Shown: positions 1-12,600 of the stretch, piece after piece
Layout: every line of letters begins with the position of its first letter
How positions within the stretch are numbered: the first letter of the stretch is position 1
Assembly: GCA_010093815.1 (NCBI GenBank)
Contig: ML996565.1
From: Pseudovirgaria hyperparasitica
Taxonomy: Eukaryota
Length of the DNA stretch: 64,000 nucleotides
Strand: one strand, 5' to 3'
Notes under the pieces: generated by a model
What the model was told of the DNA's origin: nothing
Seen by the model: the letters and a program-made list of their open reading frames with translations, nothing else
The model's database searches: none
Program-made: the position numbers and the translations under genes

Positions 1-1885
1 ACAGCGCATACCACGGCCAGCGGTACAATTTACCATCCGGCGGAGACATTCGATATTCCCCGATTGGACTTATTGTCCCTTCTATTTGGCAAGTATACTC
101 CGCAAATCCGATGCCCATCAAGATGTGTGATTGCTGATCTCTCTAGACTCGAAATGCACCGATTCTCAAGAAGACACTGTCATACATGCATCTGCTGCCA
201 ATCCATCTATCGCGTTAACCAAAGCCGAATTGAGAACACAAACCCGTCGAACTGCTCACATGCTCCGCAGCACCTACGGCATTGGTGCGAACGGACCTAA
301 CAAAGACATTGTCACAGTAGTCTCAACCGGCAGCCAATTCGTCCCACTCCTCTTCTACGGTATAATCGCCGCCGGTGGCGTGTTCTCTGCTGTCAGCCCT
401 GCAAGCACCACATCCGAACTCGCCCGCCTTATCTCCACCGCAGGAAGCAAATGCATCATCTGCAACGAAGCCACCAAAGATCTCACCATTCAAGCCGCCG
501 GTGAAGCCGATCTACCGTACGACTCAGTATGTGTCATCAGCGAGGGTGCCACATGGAGTGTTCGCAAGCTCGGACACGAGCAGAATCTTATCACCACACA
601 GGAGCTCGATTGGCAGCGCATCACAGATCTGAAGACACTCGAGGAGAGCTTGATTGTGCTAATTTATTCGAGCGGCACCACAGGCCTGCCCAAAGGCGTG
701 TGTCTCTCGCACACCAATCTTGTCTCGGAAGCCGTCGTAACTCTCGAACTCACGAAGAAGCGCTACAAGATAGTCGGCAAGGAGAACTTCCAGTATCGCA
801 CTCTGGCCCATTTGCCCATTGCTCATATTGCGGGCATTCAGGGGTACTTCATTAACCCTTTTTATATGAACGGAACGACATATTGGATGTCCAAGTTTTC
901 TTTCCCCGAGTTTCTTGAGTACAACAAGAAATATAGGATCACGTTCTTCTTCACTGTACCACCTATCTATCTACTCATTGCCAAAAGCCCTCTGGTCAAG
1001 GATCATTTTGATACATTGGAGCACGCAGTTAGTGGAGCGGCGCCCCTGGGCAAAGAGTTACAGTATGCAGCTAGTGCGAAGTTAGGGAAAGGGAAAACGT
1101 TTGTGAGTCAAACATGGGGGTTAAGTGAGACTACGGGGAGTATCACGGCTATGCCGTATGGTTTGAATGATGATACAGGCAGCGTGAGTAGCTTGGTGCC
1201 GAACTGCTATGCGAGGTGGGCCCATCTTCTATTCCTCTCCCTCATTTCTCCAGCATACCTTGTTAACCATGCTTAGAGTTGTCGACGAAACCGAGAAAGA
1301 TGTACCCGTCGGCGAGCGCGGTGAGCTCTGGGTTAAAGGCCCGGTCGTGACGAAGGGCTACTACAGTAATGCTGATGCAAATGCTGACGCATACACTGAT
1401 GGCTGGTTCCGCACTGGTGACATCGGCTACTTCGCCAACGGGCTTTTCTACTGCGTTGATCGCATGAAGGTACCACCCAGCTTCCCCTTCCATCACCCTA
1501 TTTATCTCTTATATCTTTCACTCAAACGGGCAATTAGCTCTTGACTAATGCTGCCCAGGAACTCATAAAATACAAAGGCCTCCAAGTCGCCCCCGCTGAG
1601 CTCGAAGCCTTGCTCCTCACGCATCCGCTTATCGCTGACGCCGCCGTTATCGGTATCACCACTGAGGACGGCACAAATGAACTCCCGCGAGCCTATGTCG
1701 TTGCAGATAATTCCGCCATTAGTGAAATGGACATCAAAGACTGGGTGGCAACTAAGGTCGCTGGCCATAAGCAATTGAGGGGTGGTGTAGTATTCGTGGA
1801 CGTGATACCGAAGAGTCCGTCGGGGAAGATCCTGAGGAAGGACTTGAGGGCACTCGCAAAGAGAGTTGATGGGGCGAAGCTTTGA
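1..1885 (+). CDS. 4-coumarate-CoA ligase-like acyl-CoA synthetase (ANL/AMP-binding family), 5'-truncated by the window edge, with C-terminal PTS1 (-AKL)
   Basis: Motifs [48 protein letters not shown] and [10 protein letters not shown]. Inferred introns 89-146 (GC-AG), 1216-1276 and 1470-1558 give one continuous frame, open from base 1 and ending GAKL-stop. Confidence 0.92.
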
Positions 1886-2760
1886 GAATTTTCTAGCAGT
1901 ATGGATTCTGGATTCGAATGTAGACCCGCGCCTGGTGAAGATCGATGATGTAATATGTCTCCGTATTCTTGTAGTAGATATACTGCTTGTCTTGCTAAGA
2001 CGATAGGGTCAGTCCATACAAGAGCCTCCTTGTCTCTGTGCATACCTATAATTTCTATAACATCACTCAGATTGTAGTCTCACTTTCAGATTTGAAATTC
2101 CTGCTATATCTGAGCCCTAGTCTGGGGACTTAGCTGCATTTCAGCCTTGCCCTTTTAGATGGAGCATCTACAACCTCATCTCCACCATATCTGCGGATGA
2201 TATGAGACGAGTCGAGCCAGATTACTTCTTTGTTCACCTGGGCTTTAGGGATCATATGAACTTAGAAGAGGTAACCATAGTTGGGCTGTCGATCTGGGCG
2301 CAGTGCATGTATGAAAGTGTATTTCCGGTCCTTCGTGCCTTTTGTCAGAGTCTGATGAAGCGTGGGATTAGCTTGTCAGCATCGTCTATCAACCTCACGA
2401 ATTGAGCAGGTACATAAAGATATCCAGTGAAGGGGATTTGATAAGTTTTACATTATTCAATGACAGTTTTGAATGTAGCGAGAGCAGGTCAACGAGAGAG
2501 ATCATTAGCGAGTAGAATGTAAATTGTACTCTAGCTTTGAGGGAGCGTAGATAGTTACTCAAATCGCATTGATACGCGCGATTACAAAGCGCATCTGGTC
2601 GCGAAAGCGTAATGCAGTCATGAAAAGAGATAGGTATGCCCGTGTTACCTTGTCGTAAGAGGAGAGGAGCATATAAATGGTATCAAACTCCATGACATTC
2701 GAAGACTCCCAAAAACACCACTGCTAAATGCAAAATTCCTCCCTTAACCTCCCATTTCCA

Positions 2761-5274
2761 TCATATAGCATAATTCTCCGCATGCAGGAATATCTCGTCT
2801 TTGTCTGCATCCCCAAGCACATCACGCTGTAGATCAGCCACTGTTCTCTGTACGTCAGTCCGCATGCCCGGTGGCCCACACACAAACACGCACGTGCGCC
2901 GTCCGAAGCTCTTGCTAAAGCCCCTTAGCATGAATGGGATATCTGGCCGTCCGTACTCTTTGCTCCACCCATCTTTCTTCTTAACGGCTGCAGGCAGAAA
3001 CGCGAATCGCATTAAGTTCTTCTGGAATTCGGTGGGCGTGTTTGGAAATCCAAAATCGAAGTGATGCGGGGACTGGGAGGCGGCCGGGTCGAGGACCTCG
3101 GAACCAGCGGAGACGGCTTGGGCAATATCCAGAGAGAGATTGCGCGAGCGTCGCTTTTCGGCGATGGAGCGTACGGCAATGGGAGCTTGAAGGTGAGTGC
3201 CTGAGTTTGAGCGATTTACATGTAGAAGATGGGCTTGCGGAAGGGCAGTGATAGTGTCTTCACGTTCGCGGCGCAGCTCCTGCTCACGTTCCGCGTCGGA
3301 CCCTGCTTCGTCTGCAATGAGAGCGGAGTGCATAGAGACGCGTTTCGAAGAGATAACAGACGCACGCTTGTCTGCAATGCTGGTAAATGCGTGGTTAACT
3401 TTGTCGTGGAAGTGCATAGAGACCGGGCGGTTGGGTGTTTGGGCAGATACGAGCATGCCGGTCTTGGGCTGACGCTTTGCGGTAGTGATGAAGAATTGGC
3501 ATTGGACTGAACCCGGCGGTGCGAATTCGCGACATATGTGCAGTTCTTCTTTGAACCATTCCATAGTTTCAGGGCGCTTAAGGGCCCAGATTACCTGTAT
3601 AGATTTGGTGACGGCTTTGCCGTCGCGCATGCGCTTGATCAGATTGAGAAGTTGGGATGCGACTGCAGTGATACCGCTACCACCAGCTATGAGGACGACG
3701 TGATCAAAGGATTCCATTCTTCTGTTCATACCTCCGTAAGGCCCATCGAGAAACGCACGGTACGTGTGCCACGGGCCATGCTTTTGGGCACTGATAAGCA
3801 CCCTTTGCGTAAATCCCTTGAATGGCCTAAATACAAGGACCATGTCTCTGTAGTCCTCACCGTAGTCAGATGGGAAATCGTCGCTGCATAGGGAGGCGAC
3901 CGTAAAAGGGTGGTTCTCGAAGACTGAGACACCGGGCATGCGCAGATACACATACTGCCCAGGTCTCCATCGCATGCGCGTTGGGATAGTGACCTTGATC
4001 GCATTCTCTGGAAGAATAGTCACAGCTGCTTCATCACCGATCAACCAGGCCATATGGAATGGATTCGTCCAATTGAGATATAAAAGTCTCGTCATGTATG
4101 AGAACAGCCAAATACCTAGAGTTGCAAAAAGATAGTTCCAAGAAGTAAGGTAGTTGTTGCAGTGCCAAAAGAGCATGCCAAGGAACACCATGGAGATTGG
4201 CACATGCGTTATGACAAAGACTTCGTACATGCGTGCTCGTATATGTGGCAATGAATGAATGCAAAGTATTCCAAGGGGTACTAGGGCAGCTATTCCTAAG
4301 TATTGTTAGTTCAGACCTGGATGGTTTCTCCTAAGCCTCGACTCACCACTTCCATAGATGTAAAAGTCAGCCCTTGGGTTGAGCATAGCCTTGTAGGTTG
4401 CCTCCGATTGCCTGTCTTGCATTCCAGCAAGATAGAAAGGAACTGTGTGCACCAAGCTAAGGAACAAACATAGTATTCCGCCCCAACGATGATAGACGTT
4501 CAGCCTCTCATGTCCGATCCCAGTAAGAACTGAGATGATGTTCGCTTTCATACTCAAGCCAACGATCCATGGCATCAGAGCCACAGCAAGCATACCGGAT
4601 CGTACAGTGACTGGAGGAGCACCAAATTCCAGACTTTGCCAGTATAATGGCTGAGGAACGAATATATAGCAGATTGTGAACGCAAATGCCGCACCAACAA
4701 TAGCTACAGTCGCCATAGAGGGTAGAACAAAGGGTCTCCAGCCTTTCTTGATCGTCAGGACTGGAGTCGGACGGTAGAAGACCCATCGAAAAAGTGCAAT
4801 AATCAGAAGGATAGGTCGAACAGAAGAAATGGAAGACTGAGTCTTCGGACCAGATGGCAATGGGCCCTCCCTAGGGAAGAACTTTCTCGTTGACCTGTCC
4901 GTGTCGAGAGCGGACATTTCGTAGTCGGTATCAGGAGACATGGTTTTTGCGGAGTGAATCACCTCTGCTTCGTATAGAACCGCTCGTATCCTATCTGTGA
5001 ACAGATTGTAGAATCGCACGAGCGCGCTGGAGACCAGGAGTATGAGGCAGAAGTATACCCATCCTAGGGCATATTTACCACTTTTACTCCAGGGATCTCT
5101 TGTATTCGCTTCTACTAGACCTGCTGGGCTTGTAGAAGATGAGGGTATGTTGAGCCTCTTCGATAGTCCTTGTACAGCCTCAGCAAGTCCATCCCTCACA
5201 ACGACAGCTGCAGATTCCGCATGGTCGTGGAATCTGCTCTCTGGAGCACTGAGGACCTCTGGTAGAACAGGCAT
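2761..5274 (-). CDS. Ferric/cupric reductase (FRE family: transmembrane heme domain plus FAD- and NADPH-binding domains)
   Basis: TM region with YHRWGG...SLVHTVPF and THVP...FWHC heme histidines; HPFT FAD motif; LDGPYGG and LIAGGSGIT; FVCGPPGM. An intron at 4296-4346 (GTGAGT..TAG on minus) joins the two ORFs in frame. Confidence 0.92.
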
Positions 5275-6793
5275 GGCGTGATATCGTAGATGAAGCCGCG
5301 ACTAAGATGTGCAATTTTCTTGTAGCAAGCTCCAGGCCCCGACTGTGTCCGCTAGCTCTGACGCCGTGAATTAACGTGTCCTGTGCATCGGTGGGATGTA
5401 CTATGCCAGCCCGAGCTATGCTAGGCCTGACAAAGTTTACTCAGGACTGAAGATGATTGCGAAAAAGTTCGTGGCATGCGATTTCGTTACCACAGCAGGA
5501 GTCCTGTGCGACGTTGTGAAAGTATAGATGAGTCCTCTAGGTTTTTCAGTTGTCTTCGCAGATGTTGATGCAGCTTGCAAACCAATCAATCCATAGAGCC
5601 TGATGACGGGGAAAGTAGACAGTTCGACAACGACAGACAAGAGATGCAATATGGAAGAAAAGTCGAATATGCTTCACGATAACGGAGACAGATGAGTGAT
5701 AATGTTCCTTGCGGTGCGGGAAGCGGAGAAGCTGCATGCAAGGGTCCGATTAATCACAGACCAACCGTCAACGGTATCCTGGTAGACCGAAGTGATGGTC
5801 CTGTATATCACCTTAAATGGCTGCCATTGTGACCGAGTAGCGTGCCAATGGACTTGGATGACCTAACCGGACATCCCTATCATCAATGGCGAACATGCAT
5901 GACCAGGGATGCTGTCACTGTGTCCTATACCACACTATGCACACCGCCAAATGAGGGGAGGTTCGTGAGACGACATTAAATGCCTTACCCAGACTTGTGC
6001 CTCTTCAGCGCATTCTCCAGCAGTGGTTGAAACGTGGACACGACCGTGCCAAAGCTCGCGATAGGTAGCTGGAGCGGGCAGGTCAGACGGGAAATTTTTG
6101 GGTGTGGCTGATCTATCCTCTAACCATACTGCAGACCATCATTTGGCCCAAGCACGACCGATCCCCGCTGTCAATCCGTAATGAATGATAAAGAACTACC
6201 CCTGTGAGCTCATACGACGCCATCATAGAACGCCGTGTATGATAGAACGCCCAGTATGTAGTGCCATGCATCTTCTCGTCTCAAGCTACATGGGTAGTTA
6301 AGCCACCTCGTGCCAGCGAGAATGCACGAATCAAGCCGGTGGAGCGCAGCACGCCAGAAGTGCAGACGAACACAGTAGCCACTCCCGTCTCACATACCTA
6401 ACCTTCCTGGAGCAGACAAGCTTGAGAGCTCGTGAAGCCTCATCGTAGCCAGTGAGTGGCTCGTCGCCATCTCATTTTAAGCGCTGACTATCCGTATAGA
6501 GCCTAGTAGATCCGCAAACCGCCTTAGTGGGCCGTGCTCCCGGGCTCGGGACGAATTGCCGAGCCTTTTCTCGACGGCGACCTTTGGCTTCCGCCCAATT
6601 GCAAAGCGTTCAAGGAATCAGTTGTCAGATGTCTGCATGACTCGGGTGCAGTTCTTTTGCCACCCTTCCCTAAGACGTGTGTAGTATGCTCTGGTGGGGC
6701 AGGGTATGGTTCGGCTTACGGTTTGTCCGTTTGAGACTACGCCTGCGAGTCAACATTGTGCCACACAGGGGATCGTGCATTGACTATTCATCG

Positions 6794-6810
6794 TTATCAG
6801 TTACTGATAA
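6794..6810. promoter_or_regulatory. Inverted pair of GATA sites (TTATCAGT-T-ACTGATAA), candidate SreA-type iron-repressor site
   Basis: Perfect 8-bp inverted repeat with CTGATAA on both strands, about 1.5 kb upstream of the ferric reductase ATG. Function is inferred only. Confidence 0.3.
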
Positions 6811-7418
6811 AACTTTTCTATGTCACACGTTTAAGCGCCGTAGCCTCGTTCAAATTTTGACATGCCTCAGCCCTAAGACCCAGGTATCAATCTCATCGTC
6901 GTTACATCCACTAGACTACTGGCTACCTATCTACGGTAGTGCTTATGTTGGTGTACTGATCATCCCTCATGGTAATGGTTCTGCTCAGGATGACGCAGAT
7001 GCGTAGGCGCTAACCCTCGTTTCTTTGCGACATGGGTGGCTCATGGTTGCCACCAGTGGAGTTATACACCCTCAGAAATCTCCATCTCGTTGACAGGGAA
7101 GACATCGCATGTTCCCCTATTATTGTATTTCCAGAAATCTCTAGCCGCTGTACCTGCATTGGTGCTTGGACTGCTGTGATCTTTCGAGGCATGGCTTGCT
7201 TGTCACTGTACTGAGATGAAGCTTAGTCTGATCTGGGCGTTCCGTGATGCTTACTTCGAAGCGAATAATGTTTTCGAAAAAGACGGCGCGTATCTCAGGA
7301 GGTGAGGTCCGGGAGTTGCCGATTGCTTTGACTGAGCTTTAGGAAAAGATGTGGCGATCAAGCTCGTGATTCAGTCGTGGGAACGATGGAAACAAGGAGC
7401 ATAATCAGCCCGTGACAC

Positions 7419-9470
7419 CTAGATAATCGTGAATTCCTCAGGCTTGGATCCTTCAACCCAGAATCCGGCAACTCTACCTTTGCCAATTCGCTCGAACACT
7501 CTCCCACTGAAGCCGTGGTTGCAATCTGGTGCTACTTCGGTGAGTATGAGCACTTCAGCTTGGAGGAGAGGATGCTGCCGTGTTTGTTTGCACGTCAATA
7601 CTGGGCAGATCCATGCGTCCACGGTGTCGTTCGTCTCATCCTCCACGTCCATCCACGCGGCACCGATAGGGTCTCCCGCCTCAGGGCTGTCTATTGACCG
7701 CATACCCTTCATCTCTTCTTCCCTCCTAAGCTTACAGACTGCCTTCAAAAGTGCCCCTCGCGCACTGATGTGCGCCTTCTCGACAATCCCGAATATGTCC
7801 GCGTCGTCCATTGTTACGCTTGCCGTCAATTGAAGTAATTGCTGCACATGCCGTCGGTCATAGCCCAGCTCCTCCAGCATCCGCGTCCCCTCAAACGCTC
7901 TCTGCAGTGTCGAGTTCTCCACGGGCCCTTCGATACTCGCCCAAGACCAGCTTGGAGCCCGATACTCACTTGCCCGACGATGCTTGGCTCCCCCATTACG
8001 CCGCTGGACCTGCCACAACAGCCCCCTCAAGAATTCATCTCCCCAAATACCTGCAAGATACCCACCGAGCATCCCGTTATCCGCGAAAACACGTGCTACG
8101 CCGGCGAGCGCGGGTAGTCTATCTCCGTCGACGGTCAAGCTGCGCTTACTGAAGGCCTCGATGGTCTCTGCCCAGCTGTCATGCATGAGCACTTTCGTGC
8201 GATCTGGGTATGCAATATTCAGATGTGCGAAGCCGAATGGAACATTAGGTTCCATGCGCATGAGAGCTTCGCTAGTGTATGCTTCACGGCATTCAAAATG
8301 AGCGAGAGAAGGCGTAAGGTGTAGGAAGCGCGCGGAGAGGGCACGTTCTTGGAATGTCCAACCACGGGCGGAGAGGGGGCTGGATTGGAGAGTGGGCTTG
8401 AAATCGGGGTACGCGGGCACCATGAATAGTTTAAAAGGAGGCGATACGACATATGGACCAGTGGTGAAGGGCCAGGGGATGGGGATGCGGGCTCGGTCAC
8501 GAGGTGGGCGGGAGACGATGAGACCGCTCGATGTATCGGAGGCAGAGTGGCCAGCGAGAGTTAGGATGGCGCGACTGTAGACTCTGTGCATGGTTGCTGC
8601 TTCGCGGGCCCAGTCTGCGCGATCGTGTTGTACGATGCATAGGGCGTCGATCCAAATGTAGCGGATACCGAGCTTTCGTGTGAGGTGGATAGCGTCCTGG
8701 TATGTTTTTGGCATCGAACTCACCTTTATTCCAGCCCTATGCCGCTCAATTGTCTCGGCTGTGGTCAGAAATGGATTTACTGGTTTGCCCCAGCAGTAGC
8801 TCAGGGCGATATAGTGTGACTTGTCACTTTCATCTGTGATGTGCAAACGGACTTCCTTGTCGCCTTCACTATTTACATCTATCACTCTCGTTGGGAGGTG
8901 CCGAGTACTGCTGTCTCGGTCGGTCCATGAATTGCACTTTGTATGTCTCGTACGGCATGTATCGATCCATTGTTTGGTGATAGAGACATTCCTCTCGTCA
9001 TCGACAGCAGAGGACACGAGTCTTACGTTGAACACTTTCTGTAGGGTTTCTGGTGCTCTAGCATAGGAGTCTGCTCTTTATTAGTCAAAAAAGAATCGAA
9101 TACAGGCATCATTACCATCGTCAAGTGCTAGGTGCATCTTCAGTTTCATCATTCTCTCCTTGCAGAAAATCTCCAACCTATTACCGTTGAACAACTGCCA
9201 TCGCAGCTTTCGACTGTCTTCATCTCTGACATCTTTTGCAATGCTGGTGACGTAGCCATATCGATTTTCCTCAACGTGTATAGCAGCTTCGCTCGAGATA
9301 AAACTGCAAAGATGGCATGTCTTAGCCGCCATCTCGAGCGCGTCCCATGTCGGCTGATGCCACCAATGTATCGGCTCAGTTGAATTCGGGTATTCATCCG
9401 TATACATTGTTATTGCGCGGGATACTAGCCATCTCTCGATCGCAGTGGTGCAGACATTGCAGAGAGCCAT
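7419..9470 (-). CDS. HET-domain (PF06985-type) heterokaryon-incompatibility-like protein, TOL-like
   Basis: LPTRVIDV, YIALSYCWG, PKTYQDAI..LGIRYIWIDALCIVQ, MHRVYSRAILTL, RGWTFQE, DRLPALAG and APSWSWAS. A 45-nt intron at 9071-9115 (GTAATG..GACTAAT..CAG) joins the Cys-motif exon (LCNVC..CHLC) in frame. Confidence 0.9.
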
Positions 9471-10091
9471 TTCTGGGTCTTACTTCGAACTATCAGTCGA
9501 TTTCATGCGACATCCTCTTGAAAACTTGAAACATGCTAACAACAGAGAGTCTCAATGCATGAAAGCAACGAGGCTTAGTAATGTAGTGCTTGGTCATGTG
9601 TGTGGGGGAATGAGCTGAGCAGTGCATTGTGAGGCTGAAAAGTCAAGGGTTCTTATGAAGAAGAGGACTAATTAGCTGCTGTTGTCGCTCTTAGATGCCC
9701 CCGGCCTAGCTTAAAACGGCCAGCTCTTTAGCTTATACTAATTAATGTCAATAGGTCAACAGCCTTTTAATATTCTAGCATCCGGCAAGGGCTTCGACCA
9801 GAGGCCTCTACCAGAAAGTTTGATAATAAATCCATTAAATTGAAATTTTGTTACAATCATGAAGTGGAGTTAAAGAATCAATATTATTTACATAGGATCT
9901 ACTCTATGTCGACTTTCTTTAGACTAGGCCAATGCCTTAGTAGGTTTAGCAGCTCGCACTATCACATTTTGTGAATAATACCTACTACGATCTACATCTT
10001 GACACAGCCAGCTGCGGGCGACACAACGTACTAATGATCTCGAAACCCCCCCTACAGAGGCGTCTAGACAGGGCATTCACATTGGGTAGAA

Positions 10092-12410
10092 ATGGATTCA
10101 AATTTGGGGGGAAGCATCAATGAGGAGTTGTCTGCTTCATTTCTTGACTTAACATCCAACGTAGTTCAGAGCGACGAGGCATGCGAGCTCTGCAGGAAAC
10201 TTTCAGTTGTATTTCAAGCAGTGTCCGATTTCGAGACACAAAAAATAATTCGCGAACCTATATCCCGGGAATGGGCAACGATAGAGAATCTTCGTCAGGT
10301 TTCAAGATGTTGTGTACATCGGACGCTTCTGCGCGCAATCCTCGAAAATTCTGTTTCGCGAAATCCAGATGAGGTGGTTGATCTCAGTCTCGGGCTCCGA
10401 GTCGACGAGAACGCCCAGTACACAGATGCAGAGGCAAGAGTCGGATTTGTAGAAGTTGGGAACGTTTATGGTCTGAAGACCGAGCTATGGCCCCGGCCGC
10501 TATCTAAACTCCAGAGCATTTACGATCAACAACTCAATGCGCAATGGATTGACCCGCTGATACTTCAGTCTTGGGAAGTATCATGTACATGCTGGACGAA
10601 AGTCAGACAAGTATATCACTCTCACACGAAGATGGACAACTCCGCTGAGGGACAGACTAGGTGGCTAGTCGATGTTAATAATCGGTGCCTAGTACCAGCT
10701 GATCATCAGAGCTATGTAGCACTCAGCTATACATGGGATCGCTCGCAAAATTTCATGGCCACTGCAAAGGATTTGGCGCGCCTGAGAACGCCGTTTGCTC
10801 TGGATGCCAATTACGAACAGTTGGCCCCTACCATTCGTTTCGCAATCGAGCTAGTCAAATTACTAGGAAAGAAATACATCTGGGTCGACCAATTATGCAT
10901 CTTTCAGGATGATGATAAACACAAACGGATAGAAATACAATCTATGACCAGTATCTACGAAAACGCGGCCTTCACCATCATTGCAGCTCATACTGTCGGT
11001 GACCGTTGTGGGATCAAAGGATTGCGAGGCATCACTGGACCGAGGAAATTGAATCAGGAGAGATATATCATAGGTGCCCACAGATTCACATATCCACCTT
11101 GTAGAAAATACTCTTCCGAGCCATCAAAATGGGCCGCCAGAGGGTGGACAATGCAGGAAGACGTATTCTCTCGTGCGCGATTAGTATTTGTCGACGAAAC
11201 AGTCTACTGGGAGTGCGAATGTCTGGGTTGTCGATACGAGGATATTCCTGACAAAGCATCGATCCAAATTAAGCCTAGGGAGATTGTGATAGGAGTTGAA
11301 CGAGAAGATAATTCATGGGAAAATCTCCATTCCATGATAAGTCGCAACGAACCGAATACCGTCAACCTTCAATCACTGATCAACGTCTACAACACACGGC
11401 AACTTACATTTGCACAAGACGCTTTGTATGCTTGTGCTGGCCTACTGAATTCGATGCGCGCTTCCTTTCCAGGAGGATTCATATCAGGACTTCCAAAAGA
11501 TTTCTTTGACATCGCTCTGCTCTGGACATCATTAGCTGATATCACGCGAAGACAACCTGACGCAGGCTCTTACTCAAATTGCTTCTTACCAAGCTGGAGC
11601 TGGGCCGGGTGGAAGGGTGAGATCACTTTTCAAGCATTGCTGCGCATAGCAAGTCCCCGTGGCCCCGACAGATACAGTATATATACGAGCATGTTTCTCG
11701 AAAGAGTCACCGCCACTCAAACGTGGTCATACCGAACTAACACAGGTGAATGGAATACCATACCATGTCGTTGGCTAGAAAGTCACGACCAATATTACGA
11801 ATCATCCTCAAAAGAGCCTCCACCGGGATGGCAAAGAATCGTAGCGGAGGATACACTTGAAGAGATTCCTTGGTTTTACCAAAATATAGAGCATCTACCA
11901 CGATACTTTTATCGACATGACAACTTCCCACGCATGAATTGCTATTTTCCAATATCCGGTCCTGAGGAAGGCAGAGTGCAAGAAAGCAATGTCATGGCAC
12001 GAGAGATCCGCTGTCGAACCAATCGGGCTTACATGTATAAAGGGTATGTACTGAGCTCGGGCGACGCTTCGATACTCGATCGAGAAGGGGGATGGGCAGG
12101 TGCATTCATCGATCGTGCAATTGACGCTTCTAACTCTCGTAAGCTCGAAGACGGTGAGATTATAGAGCTAGTCCAGATTGCGAAGGGGGTTAGAAAAGAG
12201 AAGTATCCTTACTTTAGCATGAGTGACAAGTTAGTTTGGCCGGAGTGGCGCCAGAAGGCAAGACCTATAAGAGGTAAATGGTACGAGTTTTACTGGGTTC
12301 TTCGCATTGATTGGGAAAATGGAATTGCATATCGGAGAGGGATTGGCAGAGTTGTGGCGCAGATATGGGAGGCACAAGATCTGGAGATGATCGATTTGAT
12401 CCTTGGGTGA
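10092..12410 (+). CDS. HET-domain heterokaryon-incompatibility-like protein (intronless, 772 aa)
   Basis: WLVDVNNRCLV, YVALSYTW, PTIRFAI..LGKKYIWVDQLCIFQDD, MTSIYENAAFTIIAA, RGWTMQE and PSWSWAGW. Confidence 0.9.
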   Translation: MDSNLGGSINEELSASFLDLTSNVVQSDEACELCRKLSVVFQAVSDFETQKIIREPISREWATIENLRQVSRCCVHRTLLRAILENSVSRNPDEVVDLSLGLRVDENAQYTDAEARVGFVEVGNVYGLKTELWPRPLSKLQSIYDQQLNAQWIDPLILQSWEVSCTCWTKVRQVYHSHTKMDNSAEGQTRWLVDVNNRCLVPADHQSYVALSYTWDRSQNFMATAKDLARLRTPFALDANYEQLAPTIRFAIELVKLLGKKYIWVDQLCIFQDDDKHKRIEIQSMTSIYENAAFTIIAAHTVGDRCGIKGLRGITGPRKLNQERYIIGAHRFTYPPCRKYSSEPSKWAARGWTMQEDVFSRARLVFVDETVYWECECLGCRYEDIPDKASIQIKPREIVIGVEREDNSWENLHSMISRNEPNTVNLQSLINVYNTRQLTFAQDALYACAGLLNSMRASFPGGFISGLPKDFFDIALLWTSLADITRRQPDAGSYSNCFLPSWSWAGWKGEITFQALLRIASPRGPDRYSIYTSMFLERVTATQTWSYRTNTGEWNTIPCRWLESHDQYYESSSKEPPPGWQRIVAEDTLEEIPWFYQNIEHLPRYFYRHDNFPRMNCYFPISGPEEGRVQESNVMAREIRCRTNRAYMYKGYVLSSGDASILDREGGWAGAFIDRAIDASNSRKLEDGEIIELVQIAKGVRKEKYPYFSMSDKLVWPEWRQKARPIRGKWYEFYWVLRIDWENGIAYRRGIGRVVAQIWEAQDLEMIDLILG

Positions 12411-12600
12411 ATACCAGGCGTAGTTGTCATGATGTAGATCTACTCAATTATCATGAGTACACGAGATAGATAAGAACAAAACCTTACCACTCCGCTAGAA
12501 CATCTCACCAACACATCACTACGGCCCTCACTCAACCCAGACAACAGTTTGCACAAACAAAATAATCATCATATCCACAGATCCACCAGTCCACTCCTCC

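Noticed and set aside
2150..2420. Protein-like fragments on the minus strand between the ligase and FRE genes
   Set aside because: There are multiple stops, no start or splice structure and no recognisable family, so it cannot be supported without a search.
1..5274. Possible siderophore or secondary-metabolite cluster (acyl-CoA ligase plus ferric reductase)
   Set aside because: There is no NRPS, PKS or ornithine monooxygenase in the window, and sequence to the left is not visible.
7010..7017. CTAACCCT as a possible telomerase RNA template (also telomere-like GTTAGGGT at ~23750 and ~30863)
   Set aside because: These are isolated 8-9-mers expected by chance. There is no tandem telomeric array and no room for a long RNA before the HET gene.
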